Shown: positions 8,652-17,459, counted from the first letter of the stretch. The stretch: 28,423 nucleotides of DNA from an uncultured bacterium (GCA_964350295.1 CAYGJM010000011.1:1-28423), one strand, 5' to 3'. Made by a program: numbers and translations. Notes: generated from the letters alone by a model not told the origin.

Positions 8652-9478
8652 GCATTCGACATATCGATCGTCTTTTCCGGGATGCCTGGGCTTCCATGAC
8701 CAAGAAGAAGGCTTTGGTCGTTTTTTTTACCCTTTGTTTTTGCGGTTTTTCGGCCGTTTTTTCTCGGGTGTTAGCACGAAACAGTTCGAAATGGATTGTT
8801 TTTATCTTAACCTTTTTACCGGTTTTTACAACCGTTTTCCTTTTATTCGCCTTAGGGATTTTTTTGATCAAGGCTCATGACCTTCGCAAGGAGACGGGAA
8901 CGGAACCGACTCTCGGCAAGGTTTTTTTGCTTTCTTGGAAAAACATGGTTTCAGTCGTTTACTGCGCTATGCCCGTATTTTTGATTTATTTTATTTTATG
9001 GATGATTTCAGGGGTGTTTTTCCTGGTCCGAGGAATACCGAAGTTAGGAGAGTTTTTGAGTATTATTCTCTCTTTTGCTCCTTTTATGATTATTTTAGGT
9101 TTTTGTCTTTTCGTCTTCGTAAATCTGGTTCTTCTTTTTTTCATCCCTCCTCTCCTCTCCAAAAAAAAACGATCGGAGAAGCCTTTGTGGAGAATTTTAT
9201 GCGATCGTTTTCTGGAGCGTCCGTTCATTCACGTTTTCTTCGTGACGATAGCAACGACTCCCTTGTTCGTCGCTCTTTTTTTGCTTATCGCATCGGCTTA
9301 TTTAACAAAGATCAATTACTTTTCCTCGACGAACGTATTGTTTATCGGTTTGCAATGGTTCTTTTTAATGCTACCCTTCAACATATTGTTAACCCCGTTC
9401 GTTATTTTTTTCTTTCACTTTTCTTCGGAAACTTTTGATTATATTACCGAGTGTGTCCCGGAGTCGACGGAAGGATAA
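8648..9478 (+). CDS. Uncharacterised polytopic membrane protein (about 6 TM helices)
   Basis: 276 aa with about six long hydrophobic segments separated by short basic loops. The GTG start overlaps the gltA stop (GTGA). Confidence 0.8.
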   Translation: MSIRHIDRLFRDAWASMTKKKALVVFFTLCFCGFSAVFSRVLARNSSKWIVFILTFLPVFTTVFLLFALGIFLIKAHDLRKETGTEPTLGKVFLLSWKNMVSVVYCAMPVFLIYFILWMISGVFFLVRGIPKLGEFLSIILSFAPFMIILGFCLFVFVNLVLLFFIPPLLSKKKRSEKPLWRILCDRFLERPFIHVFFVTIATTPLFVALFLLIASAYLTKINYFSSTNVLFIGLQWFFLMLPFNILLTPFVIFFFHFSSETFDYITECVPESTEG

Positions 9479-10421
9479 TATCTTCGGCTAATTTTTTTGC
9501 AAAATAAGCGTGGTATAATAAGCCTTTCGATCCCATGGCCGATAGGATCCGCAGGTTTTCTCCTTCTTGCCGGGAAAAAGGCAAGCGATCGGGAGTATGC
9601 AGACGAAAACCGGCATAAATATCCACTACATCCGAAGAAAGAAAGGAAAAGCCGATTTTTCGAGCGGCCGGAAAGAGTAGCTTTTCGGCCGTTTCCCGGC
9701 AGGGGAGTTCGGTCTCATAGCTTCGTTCATAGGTACTTCCCAAATAGCAGTAGGAGGAATCCGCACAGGGGATGATTTGTATTTTCGGAGCCGAAATAAT
9801 CCGGTCGGGAACATGGGAAGACTTTACCTTCAAGAGTTGCCCTTTTATTTTTGACGAAAAATGACCGGCAAAGGGCGTCTCGCTCAGAGCATGTCCCGTA
9901 GCCAGGATAACCGCATCGAAAGAGGGAGCCGAGGAAGTCGAAAAAGGCTCTTGAATAAATGAACATCCCTTCTTTATGGCCAAGCGTAAAAGAGCTTGCA
10001 GATATTCTACCGCTTCGACTTGATAAGATTCGGAGATAAGAGCTCCGGGATAACCGTATTCGGTTTTTTCCAGCCATCGGATGCGATCCGGATAGTGCAG
10101 ACACGCTTGCCGAAGATAATGATGGCTTTCCGGATCAATGGCTAATTTCAAGAGGGATTTTTGCGTGAATAAAGGCTTTTCGGCATAAGAGGAGGCTTTG
10201 TGAAGAAGGGATAGGGTTTCTTGTAATCCTTCTTTTCCGAATCGGTTACAAATAGTTCTTCGTCCTCCGAACGGATGGAGCAATAAAGCCAAGGAAGAGG
10301 TGTTATCGGGCGCCGGTTTCGGGTCAAAAAGAGTGACCGAGTTTTCCGGATGCAGGGACAAATAATAATAACAAAAGGCCAACCCGGATAGGCCCGCCCC
10401 CGCTACGGCAATTTTCTTCAT
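9444..10421 (-). CDS. FAD-dependent oxidoreductase (DAO / MnmC oxidoreductase-domain-like)
   Basis: Rossmann motif IAVAGAGLSGLA, DAVILATG, KIKGQLL, YLGSTYE, GFRLHTPDRLP, AMGSKGLLY. Confidence 0.85.
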   Translation of the reverse strand: MKKIAVAGAGLSGLAFCYYYLSLHPENSVTLFDPKPAPDNTSSLALLLHPFGGRRTICNRFGKEGLQETLSLLHKASSYAEKPLFTQKSLLKLAIDPESHHYLRQACLHYPDRIRWLEKTEYGYPGALISESYQVEAVEYLQALLRLAIKKGCSFIQEPFSTSSAPSFDAVILATGHALSETPFAGHFSSKIKGQLLKVKSSHVPDRIISAPKIQIIPCADSSYCYLGSTYERSYETELPCRETAEKLLFPAARKIGFSFLSSDVVDIYAGFRLHTPDRLPFSRQEGENLRILSAMGSKGLLYHAYFAKKLAEDIILPSTPGHTR

Positions 10422-10483
10422 TTTTTCATCATAAAAATATCTGAAAGGGGTATATGATACTCGAAACTCTTTTATAAGAAAAT

Positions 10484-11260
10484 ATGGATCGCAAGCTTTT
10501 ATTCTTGGGAACCGGCTCCTCCGGAGGCGTTCCTATTATCGGTTGTCGCTGTGCCGTGTGTCAATCGACTTCTCCTTATAATAAAAGGCTTCGCCCTTCC
10601 GTCTTGATCCGTTTGGGAGAAAAAAATATCTTGGTAGATCCGGGGCCGGATTTCAGACAGCAGGCTCTTCGCCACGGAATTGAAAATATCAATTCCGTTT
10701 GGATTACCCACTCTCATTTCGATCATGTCGGCGGCATTGACGATTTAAGGATTTTTTGTTTTTTAGAAAATAAACCGATCCACTGCCTCTTATCCGAGGT
10801 AACCTATGAAGAAATTAAAAAACGTTTTTTTTACCTTTTTGAAAAGAGAAAAGAGACCGGCAATCAAACGGTTCGTTTTGAATACCAGGTTTTGAAATCC
10901 GGAAGGGGAGAAATTAATTTTCACGGTGTTTATTTGAAGTATTTTTCTTATTTTCAAGGAGATATGCAAGTAACGGGATTCCGAGTCGCCGACTTGGCCT
11001 ATGTTACGGATATCAAAAGGTATGAAGAAACTCTATTTGAAGATTTGCAGGGAATAAAAACGTTAATTATTAGCGGTGTTAAGCATTATCCTTCCCATCT
11101 TCACTTCAGTCTGGAAGAATCCTTGATTTTTGCCGAACGTACGAAAGCCGAAAAAGTTTACTTGCATCATATCGATCATGCTATCGATCATGAGGCGACC
11201 AATGCCGCCCTACCGAAGGGAGTGGAGCTGGCTTATGACGGACTCGAAATTATATTTTAG
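10484..11260 (+). CDS. MBL-fold metallo-hydrolase, PhnP-like
   Basis: LFLGTGSSGGVP-x-x-GCRCAVC, R-x-R-x-S, LVDPGPDFRQQ, metal motif THSHFDHVGG, AYVTD, HFSLEE, ELAYDG. Confidence 0.9.
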   Translation: MDRKLLFLGTGSSGGVPIIGCRCAVCQSTSPYNKRLRPSVLIRLGEKNILVDPGPDFRQQALRHGIENINSVWITHSHFDHVGGIDDLRIFCFLENKPIHCLLSEVTYEEIKKRFFYLFEKRKETGNQTVRFEYQVLKSGRGEINFHGVYLKYFSYFQGDMQVTGFRVADLAYVTDIKRYEETLFEDLQGIKTLIISGVKHYPSHLHFSLEESLIFAERTKAEKVYLHHIDHAIDHEATNAALPKGVELAYDGLEIIF

Positions 11261-11272
11261 AGGAATAATCAT

Positions 11273-12535
11273 TTGTTAACAAAAAAAGTACGGGAAAAAG
11301 CCCTCCTCGTCGGGTTTTATGAAAAGGGTTCGGAAAAAAAATTAGCCGAAGAATACTTGCGAGAGTTGAAACTGTTGGCTGAAACTCTCGGGATAGAGGA
11401 AAGTGAAATTTTTTCCTCTTTTTTAAAAAAGATAGATCCTTCCACCTATATCGGATCGGGAAAGGTAGAAGAGATAGCCGCCTATCTCCGCTCGGGTGAT
11501 TTTACGGTCGTGATTTTTGACGAGGAAATTACTCCCGCCCAGCAAAGAAACTTGGAAAAAGCTTTTTCCCGGCCCGTTATTGAAAGAACGGAAGTTATTT
11601 TAGGGGTTTTTGCCCAAAGGGCTCGTACAAAAGAGGCGAAGCTACAAATCGAATTGGCCCGAGCAAAATATCAATTACCCCGATTAAAAAGACTGTGGAC
11701 TCACCTTTCCCGTCAACGAGGAGGGGGAGTCAATATGAAAGGGGAAGGAGAGAAACAAATTGAAATCGATAAACGACTTCTTTCTAAAGAAATTTATAAG
11801 TTGGAAAGAGAACTAAAGGTCGTTGAAGAGCAACGCATGATTCAAAGGACGAAGCGTTTGAAATCATCTACTCCTTCTTTTGCCATTGTCGGTTATACGA
11901 ATGCGGGGAAGTCCACTCTTTTGAAAGCCCTGACCGAAGCGGACGTTTTTATCGAAGATAAATTATTTGCGACGCTTGATACGACGGTAAAACAATTCAT
12001 TCTTCCGAATCGTCGAAAAATTTTATTGGTGGATACGGTCGGCTTTATTCGAAAAATTCCCCATTCCCTGGTAGCTGCCTTTAAAAGTACTTTGGAGGAA
12101 TCTCTTTATACCGATATTTTACTTCATGTGATTGACGTTTCCGATCCGATGGCTCCCGAACATGCCGAAGCAACCCTTTCCGTGTTGAAGGAATTAAAAG
12201 TCGATCATAAGCCGATGATCACTCTTTTTAATAAAATAGACCGATGCGAAAACCTTTTGAACGTTCAAAAGTTACGTTTGCTTTTTCCCTATTCGGTAAA
12301 AATTTCTGCTTTGACGAGAGAAGGTTTTGAAGAACTGTTTGATTGGATGACTCGATTCTTGAATCGTATTGCATCCGAGGCTACTTTTATCATTCCTCAA
12401 AAGGAATACAAATGTTTTTCGGAAATTATGGAGAAGGGAACGGTCGTCGAACATGAATATCGAGATAACGATATTTACGTAAAAGCCTTTTGTTCTCCGA
12501 AACTGATCGGAAAGTATCAAAAATTCAAAGTTTAG
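11273..12535 (+). CDS. hflX: Ribosome-splitting GTPase HflX
   Basis: GSGKVEEI, ILGVFAQRA-x-TKEAKLQIELA, GEGEKQIEIDKR, G1 GYTNAGKST, G2 LFATLD, G3 DTVG, G4 NKID, G5 SAL. TTG start after AGAGGA. Confidence 0.97.
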   Translation: MLTKKVREKALLVGFYEKGSEKKLAEEYLRELKLLAETLGIEESEIFSSFLKKIDPSTYIGSGKVEEIAAYLRSGDFTVVIFDEEITPAQQRNLEKAFSRPVIERTEVILGVFAQRARTKEAKLQIELARAKYQLPRLKRLWTHLSRQRGGGVNMKGEGEKQIEIDKRLLSKEIYKLERELKVVEEQRMIQRTKRLKSSTPSFAIVGYTNAGKSTLLKALTEADVFIEDKLFATLDTTVKQFILPNRRKILLVDTVGFIRKIPHSLVAAFKSTLEESLYTDILLHVIDVSDPMAPEHAEATLSVLKELKVDHKPMITLFNKIDRCENLLNVQKLRLLFPYSVKISALTREGFEELFDWMTRFLNRIASEATFIIPQKEYKCFSEIMEKGTVVEHEYRDNDIYVKAFCSPKLIGKYQKFKV

Positions 12536-13851
12536 GAGACGATTTCGCCCAATAAGGTCTGATGGCTGAAGTCGGATATTTTTACTTTTTGCAGTGTCCC
12601 GATAACGGAGGGAGGGGCTTGGAAAAGGACGTTTTTCCAGCAACGGGTTCGACCTTTTATCTGAGAGATATCTTTGGAATTTTGTTTTTCTGCCAGAACT
12701 TCGTAGGTTTTTCCGATCATTTCCTTTCGGTGTTTTCGACAAATTCTATCCTGCAATTCGATAAGCCTTTGAAGGCGCTCCTGTTTTACTTCTTCGGGAA
12801 TGGAATCCTTGAATCGAGTCGCCGGTGTTCCCTTGCGCTCGGAGTAGGCAAAAAGAAAAGCAACCGAGTACTCGATTTGCTCCAAAATGCGATAGGTCTC
12901 CAGGAATTCCTCTTCCGTTTCCGTGGGAAAACCGACAATAATATCGGTTCCCAAAGAGGCATTCGGAACGATTTGGCGTAATAGATCCACCTTTTCCAGG
13001 TATTGTTCCAAGGTGTAAATCCGGTGCATTTTTCTTAAAATGCGGTTACTTCCCGCTTGTACGGGGAAGTGTATAAACTCGCAAAGAGAGGGGAGGTCTC
13101 GAATGGCTTCCATCAATTCCCGGGTAATATCCACCGGATGACTCGTCATGAAACGGATCCGTTCGATCCCTTCGATTTTATCCAGGCGATACAGAAGATC
13201 ATGAAACAGATGGCCCCATTCTTTTTTATCTTTTCCGTAGCTATTTACGTTCTGTCCCAAAAGCATAATTTCTTTATAGCCTTTGGCTGCCAACAGACGA
13301 CACTCCTCTTCAATATCCTCCGGAGGCCGGGAGACTTCGGGGCCTCTCGTATAGGGAACGACGCAGTAGGTACAATATTTATCGCATCCTCGAATAATGG
13401 AAATATAGGCTTTTACCGTATCGTTCCTTTTGGCACCGGCATAGTTCAATTCTTCGGTAAAATGGTCTTGCACGGCCAAAGCTTTCGTACCCGAAGCCAG
13501 AACCTCATCCAAGGTGGCATTGAGGTGATGGAGATCATTGGTCCCCAGGACAAAATTAACGTGAGGCATTTTGCGAAAGAGAGCTTTCCCTTTCGCATTG
13601 GCCATGCATCCCGTCACCCCGATAATACGATCGCCGGAGGGATTTCGTCCTAACTGACCGAGCTTTCCCATGACCTTTCTTTCTGCCAAGTCTCGGATGG
13701 AACAGGTATTAAAGATCAAAAGGTCGGCTCCTTCCTCTTCCTTTTGTTCAATAAGACCCCGTCGTAATAGCTGGCCGGCCATTACTTCCGTATCCAATTC
13801 ATTCATCTGGCATCCGTATGTTCGGATGTGAAAAGTCTTGGGTTCCTTCAT
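12532..13851 (-). CDS. miaB: tRNA-2-methylthio-N6-dimethylallyladenosine synthase (radical SAM methylthiotransferase)
   Basis: UPF0004 domain TYGCQMN...NTCSIR...GCMA, radical-SAM motif GCDKYCTYCVVPYTRG, LLGQNVNSYG, RFMTSHP, DIIVGFPTET and a C-terminal TRAM domain. Confidence 0.96.
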   Translation of the reverse strand: MKEPKTFHIRTYGCQMNELDTEVMAGQLLRRGLIEQKEEEGADLLIFNTCSIRDLAERKVMGKLGQLGRNPSGDRIIGVTGCMANAKGKALFRKMPHVNFVLGTNDLHHLNATLDEVLASGTKALAVQDHFTEELNYAGAKRNDTVKAYISIIRGCDKYCTYCVVPYTRGPEVSRPPEDIEEECRLLAAKGYKEIMLLGQNVNSYGKDKKEWGHLFHDLLYRLDKIEGIERIRFMTSHPVDITRELMEAIRDLPSLCEFIHFPVQAGSNRILRKMHRIYTLEQYLEKVDLLRQIVPNASLGTDIIVGFPTETEEEFLETYRILEQIEYSVAFLFAYSERKGTPATRFKDSIPEEVKQERLQRLIELQDRICRKHRKEMIGKTYEVLAEKQNSKDISQIKGRTRCWKNVLFQAPPSVIGTLQKVKISDFSHQTLLGEIVS

Positions 13852-13858
13852 CTTGTCC

Positions 13859-15922
13859 TTACAGGGTTGCCTTATGACTGAGTTTAATTTGTCCTCGGTC
13901 GTTAATATCCAATACCTTTACGTTCAGAGGGTCTCCCTCTTTGAAAAGAGATTTTAAATCTTCAATTCTCGTGTTAGCCACCTCGGAGATATGACAAAGA
14001 CCTTCTTTGCCGCCCAGAATTTCGATGAACATTCCGAAAGCGACGATCGAAACGATCTTTCCCATATAGGTAGCACCGATTTCCACTTCGGCAACAAGAT
14101 TTTCTACGATCTTTTTCGCTTTTTGTACGGCTTCGGGATCGGCACCGGTAATATTAACGATACCCTCATCGTTAATATCCATTTCTACGCCGGTTTCTTC
14201 AATAATCGAACGAATTTGCTTTCCTCCGGGCCCGATAATGATGGATATCTTGCTCGGTTTAACCCGGATGACTTCGATGCGAGGAGCCCATCGGGACAAC
14301 TCCTTATGGCTTTCCGGACAGACTTCGATCATTTTTTGAAGGATGTGTTTTCTTCCTTCCTTGGCTTGAGCCAGAGCTTTTTGCATGATCGGAAGGGTAA
14401 TACCTTCTACCTTAATATCCATTTGGAAAGCCGTAACGCCTTGATCATCTCCGGTGAGTTTAAAGTCCATGTCTCCCAAGAAGTCTTCCGTTCCGCTAAT
14501 ATCGGAAAGAATCGTTACGTCGTCTCCTTCGGAAATAAGACCCATGGCTATTCCGGCAATCGGTCTTTTTACGGGGATTCCGGCCGCCATTAAAGCGAGA
14601 CATCCGCCGCATACGGAAGCCATGGATGAAGAGCCGTTGGACTCCAGAATCTGAGACTCCAAACGAATGCTGTAGGGGAATTCCGAAATATCCGGAAGTA
14701 TCGGAGTCAAGGCTCTTTCTGCCAACTTTCCGTGCCCGAGCTCCCTTCTTCCGGTCTCTCCGACGGAAAAAGGAGGGAAGGCATATTGGAGATAAAATCT
14801 TTCGGATCCTGCCTCCATGGGGGTTTCAAAACGTTGATTCATCGTTTGTCCGCCGATGGTTGCTATGGCCAACGCCTGTGTTTCTCCTCTCGTAAATATC
14901 GAGCTGCCGTGCGTTCTCGGCAGGGGAGACTGAATAATATGAATCGGTCGAATCTCTTCGGGATTCCGTCCGTCCGGTCTGACGTTACTTTTCAGAACGT
15001 GGTGCCGCATGGCTTCCGAGGCCTGTCCTTTAAAGGCCATGATAACGTCTCTCTTTTTAAAAAGAGTTTGTTCTCCTTCAAGAAAAGTTTTTTCGACTTC
15101 GGCCTTAAGTAAGGCGAGAGATTGATCTCTTTCCTTTTTCCCTTTTAAAAGGATCGCTTCGTGTAAACGGTCACCTATTTTCTCCCGTATGGAAGAAATC
15201 AGGTCTTTCGGAACGGGACGTACCGAATCGAATACCTTCGGTTTTCCGACTTTTTGTTGCCACAGGCTTAGGGCTGCACAGATCTCTTTAATGACCTCGT
15301 GACCGAACGAGATGGCTTCCAGAATTTGCTCTTCGGTCAGAAAATCGCAATATCCTTCGATCATTAAAATGGCTTCTTTCGTTCCCGCCAAAAGAAGATC
15401 GAGAGTCGAAGTTTTTTGTTGTTCCGGTGTCGGATTAATAACGAAGTTTCCGTCGATCAGACCGACTCGAACGGCTGCCATGGCCTTTTCGAACGGTAGA
15501 TCGGAAATCAAAAGGGCTGCGGAGGTGGCACAGAAGGCTAACGGATCCGGAGAGACTGCGTCATCGAAGGAGTAGAGGGTGGTGATCAGCTGTACTTCGT
15601 TAAAATAGCCTTCGGGGAAAAGGGGGCGTATGGGGCGATCGATCAGTCGACAGATCAGGGTTTCTCTTTGCGTCGGTTTCCCTTCGCGCTTGATAAAGCC
15701 GCTTAAGGTCTTTCCCGCCGCGGAAAATTTTTCTTGGTAGTCGACCCGTAAAGGGAAAAAATCCACTTCTTCCGAGGCTTCCGGACGGGCACACGCCGTT
15801 GCCAAAATAACCGTATCTTTTGCTTGTAACCATACGGCTCCGTTGGCCTGTCGGGCAAAAGCTCCCGTTTTAAATATTAATTTTACGCCGCCTACTTCTA
15901 TTTCTAAATTTTCCTGTTGCAT
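13859..15922 (-). CDS. pnp: Polyribonucleotide nucleotidyltransferase (PNPase)
   Basis: Two RNase PH cores (FPLRVDYQEK, RLIDRPIRPLF; HGSSIFTRGETQ, RRELGHG, ESNGSSSMASVC, GDMDFK), KH (IIGPGGKQIR) and S1 (EGLCHISE) domains. Confidence 0.98.
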   Translation of the reverse strand: MQQENLEIEVGGVKLIFKTGAFARQANGAVWLQAKDTVILATACARPEASEEVDFFPLRVDYQEKFSAAGKTLSGFIKREGKPTQRETLICRLIDRPIRPLFPEGYFNEVQLITTLYSFDDAVSPDPLAFCATSAALLISDLPFEKAMAAVRVGLIDGNFVINPTPEQQKTSTLDLLLAGTKEAILMIEGYCDFLTEEQILEAISFGHEVIKEICAALSLWQQKVGKPKVFDSVRPVPKDLISSIREKIGDRLHEAILLKGKKERDQSLALLKAEVEKTFLEGEQTLFKKRDVIMAFKGQASEAMRHHVLKSNVRPDGRNPEEIRPIHIIQSPLPRTHGSSIFTRGETQALAIATIGGQTMNQRFETPMEAGSERFYLQYAFPPFSVGETGRRELGHGKLAERALTPILPDISEFPYSIRLESQILESNGSSSMASVCGGCLALMAAGIPVKRPIAGIAMGLISEGDDVTILSDISGTEDFLGDMDFKLTGDDQGVTAFQMDIKVEGITLPIMQKALAQAKEGRKHILQKMIEVCPESHKELSRWAPRIEVIRVKPSKISIIIGPGGKQIRSIIEETGVEMDINDEGIVNITGADPEAVQKAKKIVENLVAEVEIGATYMGKIVSIVAFGMFIEILGGKEGLCHISEVANTRIEDLKSLFKEGDPLNVKVLDINDRGQIKLSHKATL

Positions 15923-16008
15923 TAAGCATTCCTATCTGATTTTTTAACGCTAATACCCTAGTGGTTCGGGAAATTAATGAAAAGGAGTTTTTTTGGAGGA
16001 AGGAGGGA

Positions 16009-16044
16009 AAAAGCCTTTCAATTAAGAAAGGTCGAAAGGCTTTT
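16009..16044 (-). terminator. Intrinsic terminator between rpsO and pnp
   Basis: Perfect 11-bp inverted repeat AAAAGCCTTTC (16009-16019) / GAAAGGCTTTT (16034-16044), ending in a U-run on the minus strand, 10 nt after the rpsO stop. Confidence 0.75.
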
Positions 16045-16053
16045 ATATAAAGA

Positions 16054-16323
16054 TTATTTTCTCAATTTTAATCGAGTAATCAAATTTTGATATCTTTTCG
16101 TATCGGTGGAATTCAAATAATCGAGTAATTTGCGGCGCTGGCCGACAAGTTTTAACAAAGCCAAACGAGAAGTATGGTCTTTCGGAGCCACTTTCAAATG
16201 CTCCGTGATTTCCGTAATTCTTTCCGTCAGAATGGCAATCTGCACGTCTGCAGATCCCGTATCTTTTTCATGTAACTGAAACTTTTTGGTGATCTCTTCT
16301 TTAGTGCTTTTATCCAGAGACAT
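16054..16323 (-). CDS. rpsO: 30S ribosomal protein S15
   Basis: [19 protein letters not shown][26 protein letters not shown]; 89 aa; directly upstream of pnp. Confidence 0.99.
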   Translation of the reverse strand: MSLDKSTKEEITKKFQLHEKDTGSADVQIAILTERITEITEHLKVAPKDHTSRLALLKLVGQRRKLLDYLNSTDTKRYQNLITRLKLRK

Positions 16324-16393
16324 AAGTTTTATATATTCTCCCTATAACAATTAGACAATTTTTTATTAGACAACCCGATGGTTACCAAGGGTT

Positions 16394-16423
16394 ATTATAC
16401 CGGAATGGAAACGATTAACTCAA
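16394..16423 (-). promoter_or_regulatory. Candidate sigma70/66 promoter (proximal) for rpsO-pnp-miaB
   Basis: Minus strand TTGAGT (16423-16418), 18-nt spacer, TATAAT (16399-16394). Confidence 0.55.
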
Positions 16424-16443
16424 GCCGTAAAATGTCGTTTTGA

Positions 16444-16472
16444 AATTTATTCACGGCAAGAGTTATATTCAA
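16444..16472 (-). promoter_or_regulatory. Candidate sigma70/66 promoter (distal) for rpsO-pnp-miaB
   Basis: Minus strand TTGAAT (16472-16467), 17-nt spacer, TAAATT (16449-16444). Confidence 0.45.
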
Positions 16473-16509
16473 ATTTTAAGTAAACGGTAAGAAAGTCGGG
16501 CTGAGGTAT

Positions 16510-17223
16510 CTATTCGGCTTTTTCCTTTTTTCCCTTTCCGGGCGGAATCAACGGAGAAGGGATGCGGACAGCCGAAATCGAAGCCTCCGGCGCAGCATCC
16601 GTTCCCGGGGCGGACAAAGAGTCCGAAACGGGGACAAATGGGCCCCCGATGGTGCGGCTTAAAGCAGATAAACTCGTTAGGTATAGTCGAGAGGCTATGG
16701 TTTTCAGCGTTCTTTCTTCGGGCAGATCTTTGGGGTGTTCCGGAAAAAGATTCCGAAAGTCGGCCCGTTTTTCAAGTGCCGTTTCCAAGGGGAGGATTCG
16801 CCACCGATAATTAACAAAAGTTCTATTTGTTTTTATTCCTTCGGGATCAAGGATCGTAAAAAATGGTTTTGTTCCTCCCTTTTCCCAAAGAAGGTTCGGA
16901 AAGTTTTCTACAAGGAGATGTTTATTGTTCGGAAACTCTCGTTTAATATTGAAACTGTCCCAAGGATTTATAACCTCTTCCCCGGGGATCGGAGGGATTT
17001 CTCGACGATAAGGTGCAAGGTGTTCCAAGGTTCTCAGATCTCCCTCCAGGAGAAATAGTTCTGTCGGGTTGAGATATTCTTTTGCTATCTTCCGAGCCTC
17101 TTGGGTCAATTCCCGAGCTTCCGATTTTTCGTGTTGATATCCGCAATTCGGTCCGGAACAGGCGTAGTAATAGGAGGAGTCTTCAACGGGAAGAACGGAG
17201 ACATTTGCGGAAGGAATGGACAT
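16510..17223 (-). CDS. Hypothetical protein, 237 aa, no recognised family
   Basis: It is the longest ORF filling the gap between rpsO and the divergent AT-rich intergenic region. ATG start; Ser/Pro-rich termini; no TM segment. Confidence 0.7.
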   Translation of the reverse strand: MSIPSANVSVLPVEDSSYYYACSGPNCGYQHEKSEARELTQEARKIAKEYLNPTELFLLEGDLRTLEHLAPYRREIPPIPGEEVINPWDSFNIKREFPNNKHLLVENFPNLLWEKGGTKPFFTILDPEGIKTNRTFVNYRWRILPLETALEKRADFRNLFPEHPKDLPEERTLKTIASRLYLTSLSALSRTIGGPFVPVSDSLSAPGTDAAPEASISAVRIPSPLIPPGKGKKEKAE

Positions 17224-17459
17224 AGTATGTTTCTCGTGTTTTTAAGATAAAAAATCAGAGAAGAGTCTCCCTTTTTTTATTTTTTTTGGCAATATCTTTA
17301 CATAGAAATAGTTTTTTCTTGTTTTTGAATCGAAAAGGCATTCTTCGGTCGGAAAAAATCGGCTTCGATATTGATTTTTTTTTGAATTCCCTATATCAAC
17401 GTAACCCAAGGAAAAAAGTTTCATTTTTAAAATTCGGCGATAGAGGAAAGGTCCGTTTC

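Noticed and set aside
12532-12535. Tail-to-tail overlaps without terminators (hflX/miaB 4 nt; membrane gene/oxidoreductase 35 nt at 9444-9478) as antisense regulation
   Set aside because: This is ordinary in compact genomes, and nothing in the sequence indicates regulatory use.
15945-15990. GGTTCG T-loop-like sequence and a small hairpin in the pnp leader
   Set aside because: No cloverleaf can be formed, and the stem is too short to call an RNase III-type autoregulatory site.
17287-17301. Sigma54-like TGGCAAT-N4-TTAC
   Set aside because: The highly conserved G of the -12 GC is an A.
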